From Candidatus Latescibacterota bacterium (GTDB taxonomy: Bacteria > Krumholzibacteriota > Krumholzibacteriia > WVZY01), in NCBI GenBank assembly GCA_020352495.1, contig CP070677.1:3678924-3742923 (forward strand): a stretch of 64,000 nucleotides of DNA, written 5' to 3'. The notes under the pieces are model-generated. The model was given only the letters and a program-made list of their open reading frames with translations. It did not search any database and was not told where the DNA came from. A program made the translations under genes and the position numbers. Positions 18,601 to 26,400 of the stretch are shown here, one piece after another. Each line of letters opens with the position of its first letter. Position 1 is the stretch's first letter.

Positions 18601-21046
18601 TTGTGTTGACGCCAAAGGTTGTCTCGTGGGGGTAGATGTTCGATGTGGTGCCCGCAGTCGAGCCTCCCGTATCGTACACGATTCCCGCGCCGAGCTGGCC
18701 GAGGAGATCGTTGTAGCTCCCGATCCCCGGTTGCTGATCGCCAGTGAGAAACAATCCGCCGCCACCAAGGACCCAATCGGCCAAGGTGTTTCTCTCCGCG
18801 GCGGTGAACTCTGAGGTCATCTCGACCGTCCAGAAGATGTCATAGTCGGCGAGAAGCGTGGGTGTAATCGAAGACGAGCTCTCGACAAATGTCGCACCGA
18901 GATCGATAAGACCGGCGACAAAGATACTCCGGTTGCTCGAGTCGTGCTGACCGTGCGAAAGATCATAGATAATTCTCACGCCTGTGAGATCACTCGACGA
19001 AAACGGCCCAAAATCGCCGGGACCGAGGCGAATGGGGTCAGCAGAATAGAACGCGTCCTCCTCGGTCCCAGTCGGAAAAGCGTGACGGCGAGTGCCAAAC
19101 ATACTCGCAGGTGAGCCTCCGCCATCGGAACGGCGTCTGACCTTTAACGTCCAGTCAAACGCCGACTGCCCGAGATTCTCGATCGTCAAAACTTGAGTGG
19201 AGACCTCACCGGTGTAGAGACTCTCACTCAGTGAATCCGGTGTTACCGTGATATTGACCGGTTCCCTACCCTCACCTTCCAACGACACAAAGACCGAGTC
19301 CTCGTCGGGGTCATTGCTAATGATCGTCATAGTCCCGGTGATGATGCCCTCGACACTTGGCGCAAACGTCACGACAAGTGGCCAGCTTCCTCCCGGCTCG
19401 ACATCAAAGAGTGTGTCACTCGGCGTGAAATCCGGCTGGTCGACTTCAACGGCCACGTGGAGTGTGTCCGCGCCCACATTGGAAACGGTCAACGTGTCAT
19501 CGACCGAGTCCCCCACGGCAACAAGACCAAACGACATCACCGTGTCCGACACGGCAATGAGCGGCACGGCGGTAACAAACAGTCGGAGTGGAACGAGGAT
19601 CTCCGGTTCGGACGGATGATTCGTGACGACACGTGCCGTGTCTTCGTAGTTGCCTCCCAGTCCCGCCGCGTCGAACTCGATCTCGACAACCGCGCCGTAA
19701 CCCGGGTTGAACACACCCGTATCCGGATTGGCGCTCACCCACGGTTCGGTTGTGTTGACACCCCACGAAAGCGTCATGCCGCCGATATTTGTTATCGTGA
19801 GATTCTGCGACGATGTCTGACCCGTGTATAGCGAATCGATCAGCGAGTCCGGTGCCACCTCGATGTTCGGCGGTGGTGAGACAAACCACCGTGCAAACTT
19901 CAAAGACGTCTTGCCCCCCGCGAGGTCAAAATCACCCCCGGCAAACACCTCTCCCGTTGCGCTGGGAGACGCGGCAAATGTCCACCCCGACCCACTGCTA
20001 AAACCCAAACCGCTCCCAAATGTCGACCACTGCGACCCGTCCCATTTCGCAATCCGGTTCGCTGATATCCCCCCTGCCGACGTGAAGTTTCCGGCGATAT
20101 AAACATCGGTACCCAACGACACAACCGACATCACTCGTTCGTTTGCTCCGCCATCTAGATTGTCCCAACTCGACCCGTCCCACTTGGCCACGTTTGTGAC
20201 GGTCACAAAATCCTGTGTGAAATTGAAAAGCCCCCCCACATAGAGATCGGTCCCCACGAGGGCCATCGAACGCAACTCACCGTTAAAGAACGCATCCAAT
20301 GCCGACCAGTTGGTTCCATCCCAGCGGGCCAGACTTAACGCGGGCACACCCCCCGCCGCGGTGAAAAGGCCACCGACGTATAGCTGGCTAGCGTCTGCCG
20401 CCATGGCGTCCCCAAAACCGGTCGCGAAGCCAGGGTGTGTCAGTCCGCCATTGAGACTGTTCCAACCTGCCCCATCCCAACGGGCGATTCCGTTCACTGT
20501 GATGCCGTCGGCCTTCTCGAACGATCCGGACACATAGACATCTCCGTCAAAGACCTCGAGATCGTCCACAGGGGGAACGGTGTGGTAGTCACTGAGACCG
20601 GTCCCCATCGCATGCCACTGGAGTCCATCCCACATGGCGACGTGCTGGCAGGGGACACCTCCTGCGTTGACGAACGACCCGCCGATATAAACGTTGCCTT
20701 CATGGACGAGAATCGCACGAACCTCGGCCGAGGCGCCCGATACGCCGCTCCCCATTGCATACCACTGGGTCCCGTCCCATCTGGCGATGCCGTTGACCGT
20801 CAGGCCACCGGCGTGTTGGAACTGCCCGCCGACATAGACATCGGCGCCGTCGACCACGATCGCTTCGACGCGTCCGCTGAGTCCCAGCGCATTGAAGCGC
20901 GGGTCCCAGAAGACATCATCGGGATCGTTGAGGGATTCCAGGACGACTTTCTCGGAGGTTGAGGAGATGTCGGGGGGATTCTGAAAAACAACCGCGAGAC
21001 AAAAAAAGACAAAGAGGGACAGACGTAGTATCAGCCGGCGTTCCAT
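15620..21046 (-). CDS. giant secreted multi-domain protein: beta-propeller repeats + repeated Ig-like (ASH/CARDB-like) domains + ThuA/GATase1-like module + T9SS C-terminal sorting domain
   Basis: 1808 aa; signal [21 protein letters not shown]; about 7 repeats of IARWDG.xW..LG.G....V.A....G..LYVGG.F..AGG; several LTV/ITN.G...L repeats ([23 protein letters not shown]..., [23 protein letters not shown]...); CTD [41 protein letters not shown]...[22 protein letters not shown]. Confidence 0.85.
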   Translation of the reverse strand: [1808 protein letters not shown]

Positions 21047-21740
21047 GTTGCCTGCCTTTCACGGGAGAGGGAAGCTCACTTCTAAACCCGTCTATGCAGG
21101 GTGCGTTGCCACGGCTGCAGGGGTATACTACTCAATGGCAGTATATTATACCATATTTCGACGCGAATTTACAGCCCTAAAGAGAACGGTCGCACCGTCT
21201 CCAGCCACTTCGAGATCGGACTCTCTATTCCGTGACAGGATCCGTTACGACGCGTTGTTTTGAGAGATCCCTGGATCATTCACGGGCCGTCAGGCCGCCT
21301 CGAGGTCGAATCCGCACTTCCCAAAAACCAACTGGCAAAACAAAGAAACGAGCGACCGTCGCTCTCGGTGCCCTGGCTCTCGGAACCCGAATTGGCCAAT
21401 TCCAGCCAGAGCGGGGTAAGGGATTCCCTTACACGCCCCTACGGGAGTCCCTTACCCCAGCCGCCAAAAAGCCAATTGCCTGCTACCCCAAACCGCGCCC
21501 GCCTCACGACATTTGAAAGCGTTAAATTCAAGGCTGGGTCTGCCAATTCGGACCCAGAAACACACGTGGCGAGATGCTCATAAATTGTGTATTGAAAAAG
21601 AGATAAGCCATTTTTGAAACACATGCTTCCGGGGGACGCGGCATCCCCTACGGCATCTTCTCGACCGACCGGGGCCCGTGGCATCCCGATTGCCTTGCAT
21701 GTCGTCAGAGCGACAGATCAGACCTAAGAGGACCAATGAC

Positions 21741-22142
21741 ATGTCCAAAACACGCACATCAACCACATCCCTTGCCCTGGTGGCTCTTCTGGCAGCTATC
21801 GTGTTGACCGGCTGTGCCGGTTCAGACACGTTGCTCGGTCCCGACCCAAACGCCGCCGCGGTGACTGTCGACTGGGCGTGGGAAGAGTGTCCGGGGTGGG
21901 AGGAGGCATGTGACCAAGGTCGTCAAGAGATATGTTTCCAGTGTCCGCCAGATGCCGATTGGAAAAACCCGGGACAATACAATTCCTGTATAAGGAAGGC
22001 TTTGAGACAGTACCTGCAAGAACTGAGTGACTGTTTCTCGAACGAAGAATTAGACACACTCCGTGATTGTATATTGGACGAGAACTGGGAATCCATTGGA
22101 GACCAGGAGGTGAATCGAAAACAAAAGTTCCGCGATGAGTAA
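21741..22142 (+). CDS. small Cys-rich secreted lipoprotein (hypothetical)
   Basis: ORF 21678..22142; likely start MSKTRT with AAGAGGACC RBS; signal + lipobox LAAIVLTGCAGS; 8+ Cys incl. ICFQCPPDADW...YNSCI. Confidence 0.5.
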   Translation: MSKTRTSTTSLALVALLAAIVLTGCAGSDTLLGPDPNAAAVTVDWAWEECPGWEEACDQGRQEICFQCPPDADWKNPGQYNSCIRKALRQYLQELSDCFSNEELDTLRDCILDENWESIGDQEVNRKQKFRDE

Positions 22143-22167
22143 CTGCCGGAGGCAGACATTCGCAGAG

Positions 22168-22208
22168 CCGTCAGGTCTGGATCGCGGGCCCAGGCCTGAC
22201 GGTTTTTT
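22168..22208 (+). terminator. rho-independent terminator
   Basis: 13-bp stem CCGTCAGGTCTGG/CCAGGCCTGACGG (one G.U) with 8-nt loop followed by TTTTTTT; 26 nt after stop at 22142. Confidence 0.6.
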
Positions 22209-22396
22209 TGCCCGAAGTCGATGACTCCCACGGGTTGGCCGGCCGCTGACGAATTCCGCTTTGCGTTCAATGGAGATCGCGTCCAAAAAATTCCGGCGCC
22301 GTTTGCCCGCCGCAGGTATTCTGCTATATTTGAATCGTAAGGCTCTCGCCGGCCGGAAGGCCGGAGGTTGACACCAATCTGAGCAAAGTGGCGTGT

Positions 22397-22499
22397 TGTC
22401 GGGACTGGGAGTTGGTGTCGACGCGACTTCCGCAGCGCGCGCTTCTTTACCCGCGCGTGCAAGGACCAGGAGCGGAGAGACCAACTCCCAGTCCCGACA
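22397..22499 (+). repeat. structured intergenic element, copy D (candidate ncRNA/hairpin repeat family)
   Basis: perfect 20-bp outer inverted repeat TGTCGGGACTGGGAGTTGGT/ACCAACTCCCAGTCCCGACA enclosing GACTTCCGCAGCGCGCG-loop-CGCGCGTGCAAGGACCAGGAGCGG, homologous to cores of copies A-C. Confidence 0.5.
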
Positions 22500-22518
22500 T
22501 TCACAAACGTGGTATGGC

Positions 22519-22824
22519 ATGAGAACGTTAACCTCCATCTCGACCGTTCTCGCGATCCTAGCCTCGTTGCTTCTCCAAGGGTGCATTCTGGGCGACGACG
22601 AGGGGATTGTGTCGGGCATGGGAACCATAACATTCCTCGATTTCGAGGGAGGATTCTACGGGATTGAGGCCGACAACGGCGACCATTTCGATCCGGTCAA
22701 CCTCGAACCGGAGTTCCAAGTCGACGGTTTGCGTGTGAAGTTCAGGGGTAGGATCATCGAAGGCGCCAGCACCCACATGTGGGGCAGGCTGTTAGAACTG
22801 AAGATGATCAAAAGACTCGAGTAA
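22519..22824 (+). CDS. small lipoprotein (hypothetical)
   Basis: ORF 22393..22824; likely start MRTLTSISTVLAILASLLLQGC (lipobox) 20 nt after element D; about 101 aa. Confidence 0.5.
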   Translation: MRTLTSISTVLAILASLLLQGCILGDDEGIVSGMGTITFLDFEGGFYGIEADNGDHFDPVNLEPEFQVDGLRVKFRGRIIEGASTHMWGRLLELKMIKRLE

Positions 22825-22876
22825 CAGTAGTCGTCTTTGCCGCCTCGTCCTGTCCGGCAAATGGGCACGAGCTTTT

Positions 22877-23401
22877 CTAACGACGAGCAAACTGCTCTTC
22901 CACCAACGATGTCGCTTCGTCCCCGTCAATCGTCCCTCGATCGAGGAGTCTCCGCGCAAAAACAGCAACCGCCTTCTTGACGTCCTCACGCCCAAAAAAT
23001 TTCTCCAGATTCCGGCGCACGCGGTCGAAGCGTTGTTTCTTGTTTTCCGAAACGTGTGGCAGGGCACCAAGCAGAGTGCGCGCCTGCCGAAGTCGCTCGT
23101 TGTAGGCAGGTCCGCGTGGGGCGCCGGGCAGAAAGAACCGCTGCGCCAGGGGGCCGGCCATCAGGATCGCGGCCAGCCGTTCGACGAGACGCGATGATTC
23201 CACCGTCCGGACCCACGCAAAATCGACATTCCGGAGCGGATCGTCCCAGACGTTCTTCCCCACTTCCGGTCCGTTTGGAAATATCGACACGGGCATCAGC
23301 ATCACCCGATGATCCCACGCCGCCAGGGCATGCCCGGCTTCTCGATATGCGGCGGCATGGTGATCTTGGGTTCGGGTTTTTCGCCTAGTGTGGCTCACCA
23401 A
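22877..23401 (-). CDS. hypothetical protein with degenerate FtsH/M41-like motif (REAGH instead of HEAGH)
   Basis: 174 aa; AAYREAGHALAAW resembles M41 zinc-binding AYHEAGHAL but first His is Arg; 47 nt downstream of 23449..26718 on same strand. Confidence 0.45.
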   Translation of the reverse strand: MVSHTRRKTRTQDHHAAAYREAGHALAAWDHRVMLMPVSIFPNGPEVGKNVWDDPLRNVDFAWVRTVESSRLVERLAAILMAGPLAQRFFLPGAPRGPAYNERLRQARTLLGALPHVSENKKQRFDRVRRNLEKFFGREDVKKAVAVFARRLLDRGTIDGDEATSLVEEQFARR

Positions 23402-23448
23402 GGATCTCCCAAGTACTTCAGTTGAGATTGACCAAGGAAGAGTACGGG

Positions 23449-26400
23449 TTACAGATCAAACCCAAACGCGAGTGTCAGATAGTGGCTCCACCCTCTCTCC
23501 TGCCGGATGTCGAGGGGCAGCGCTCCAAATCCGGTGAGCGAGATCTTCACCGGATCGAGCGAATATGCCGCTACCCAATTGACCGCGGTGGGAAAAAGGT
23601 AAAATGAACCCAAGCTCAGACGGAGGTCGACGCCCACCGAGTTCTTGAAATTTCTAGCCGCAAAATCTCTCTGGCCCCACGCAATCGCCGTCTCATAGAA
23701 GATGCCCGCGTACAGATCTCTGAAGTAGAGATTGAGAAATTGTTTGTCGATGTTTCGCCAAACCGGGAACCGGTACGTGAGGCTCCCCAGAGCGCCTTTT
23801 TTGTCTCCAATGCTGTAGTACGTATATCCCCGAATACCATCCCGCCCGCCAAGATACGTCCAGAAAAAGTCATCGACACTACGATCGATAAAACTGCCAA
23901 AGAGCCGCAGTCTCAACGAATGCCGTAGATACGGCAGGCCAATGTACTCCCGCCAGTCGACGGTGAATCTGTGATATGGAACCTCTGAGAGCTTCGCTTT
24001 GAATCCGTACTCGAACTCACCGGTTATAAAAAGTTTGTTCCACGATTTCAGATACTCGAACATGATCTGCCGGCCGCCCCGCGGATTGATATCCGTGTCC
24101 ACCGCGGGGGCGATGCCCCTGTACGTCCATCGAAAGATGCCCTCGTTACCCTCGTAGTACTTCCAACCACCTTTGAACGATCCACGATACTCACCGTATT
24201 TGAATTCGTCACCCTCGAGGTGCACTCTGTACTCACTGGGTTGCCAGTGGGCCGAGATCTCGTGAAGCCGTGTTGGCGAGTAACGCTCCGACAACTCAAA
24301 TTTCAAGCCAAAACTCGCCTGCCAGAGGTCATACTGCGTGTCAAAAACAAACTCGCTTCCCGTCTCCTCATCAAATGTTCGATCGGAGTGGAATTCGCGG
24401 AGTCTGATGAAATCGACAAACAACGCGGGGAAAAAGAAGTCCACGTTTTCGGTAAGAAACTTTGGATAAAAGTCCCGAATCTCGTACGTGAAATACAAGT
24501 CGAACTCCTCGTCAGTTCCATACGACCCACCGGCAAAGAGCGACTGTTTGTCAAGAATCTCGTTGCTCATCATAAACAGACCAAGACGGAATTTGTTGTC
24601 CCAGACCACGATGCGAGGAAACAACTGGAATGTGGTGAAGTTCCATTTGTAGTTCGAACTCGGGAGCTCCCCATCGCCCCCCGGCGAGTCGCTGGGACGT
24701 TGTGCCGTGGACGGGGCTCCGTTGGACACCGAATCCCCAACAAAACGGCTTTCGGCTCCTTCGCCGTTTTCAGCCCGCCCGGAATCGTGCGACAGCCAAC
24801 TCGGCGATACCGCAGTCGACCCGTCTTCGACATTCGAATTGGCCGTCACTGGGTTTTTGAGAAACGCACATTCGTCATACGGCTTCACGTCGCGCGTCTT
24901 GAACGTGATCGAGTCCATCGTCTCGACCGGGCCCGCGTCACCTTCCACAAAATAGACACAATGACCATCACCGCTGTAATGACTGTAAGCGAGCGCCCCA
25001 TCACCGGGTGACTGGTCGGGCATAAACGCGCCGCCGACGACATTTGTGTGTTTTTTGATCGATCCGTCTTCGAGAGCGAGTTCGTAGATATTGAAAATAC
25101 CGGTGCGGTCACATGCAAAGATGATCCCCCGTCCGTCCCGCGTCCACCGCACATCCCGCTCGTCGTTTGGGGTTTGGAGTATGTACCGGAAGTCCGTCCC
25201 GTCGGCCAATATCATGGCAACGTCGCGAGTCCCCTCCCTGAAGATGCCAAAAAGGATCTTTTCGCCATCCGGTGAAAAGTGCGGATTGTAGAACTGTGTT
25301 CCCATCTTTCCCGAGTAGAGTTCCCGCAGGTTCTCACCATATGCATCCATGACGACAATACGATGCGTCCCGTCGTTGTTTCTGACGCCGACGATCTTCT
25401 TTCCGTCGGGTGAAAAATCGGGGTCACCAATCCGCGCACCTTTGGTGAGCCGTTTTTCCTTTTTTGTTTCGAGATCGTAGACAAAGACATCATTCACCGT
25501 GGAACCGTAGTGATCGACCTTGTGTTTGCGTGAATAGAGAAGTTTTTTTCCGTCTGCAGAGAACTGTGGAGGCGAGCTTAAGCCACCTTTTATGCGCTTT
25601 CTGTTTTTCCCAAAGCGATCGATGACATAGAGGCTCGTTACCGCGTAGTCAGTTCCCTTGTTCGAAAGAAACGCTATCTTCCTCCCATCCGGGCTAAACA
25701 CCGGGGCCACGTTCAAGTAACTCTCTTTGGAATCCCCTCCGACGAGGAGGCTTCCCTTCCGGAAACGCTCACGAACATCGGCCGTCTGAGTCTCGAATCG
25801 GCTTTTGAGGTGCGCTTTCCAGTCGTCGTAGAGCTCCTTGCCCTTCTTGCCCGTGACCTTTTTTAGCGCGCCATCCATGTTGAGCCGGTTTGGAGCACGC
25901 AGGGCGCGTGTGATCTCCGCAATAGAGTTGGGTCCGTATGTTGCCACGATGTAATTCGTCAGCCCAAAACCATGGTCGTACACCTGTTCACCCCTCATCG
26001 ACGATTTTCCAAAGAAACCCATTTCGTCGTATGTGAGCATCTGGTCCTCGAGCACAGCGCACCTGAGGATCATATCGCGGTGAGAGTCCCAACAATCGTA
26101 TTTGAGATTTGGCGTCTGATACTGCGAGACACCCTCGGCAAACCACGGCGGATACACGATCCCGGAAAACGGATAGGAAACGATGTGATCGGGATACCCC
26201 TGAAGCACATCGGGGCGTCGTTCTTTCTCGAAGTGGATCAGCTGAAAGTAGATGGCCGGCACCCGCGTTGTCATTTTCATCGCGGCCTGAATGGAGATGA
26301 TGTGAGCGTACTCGTGAGTGACGACGTTTCGAATCCACTCCGTCGTACCTCGGTACCCGAACTCCAGATTCGTCGCCCAAATCTCCACCTTGTTGTCATA

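Noticed and set aside
24220-25011. 263-aa and 244-aa + strand ORFs (24220..25011, 25972..26706) inside the peptidase/propeller gene
   Set aside because: Antisense to a well-supported 1089-aa CDS; Arg-rich low-complexity translation.
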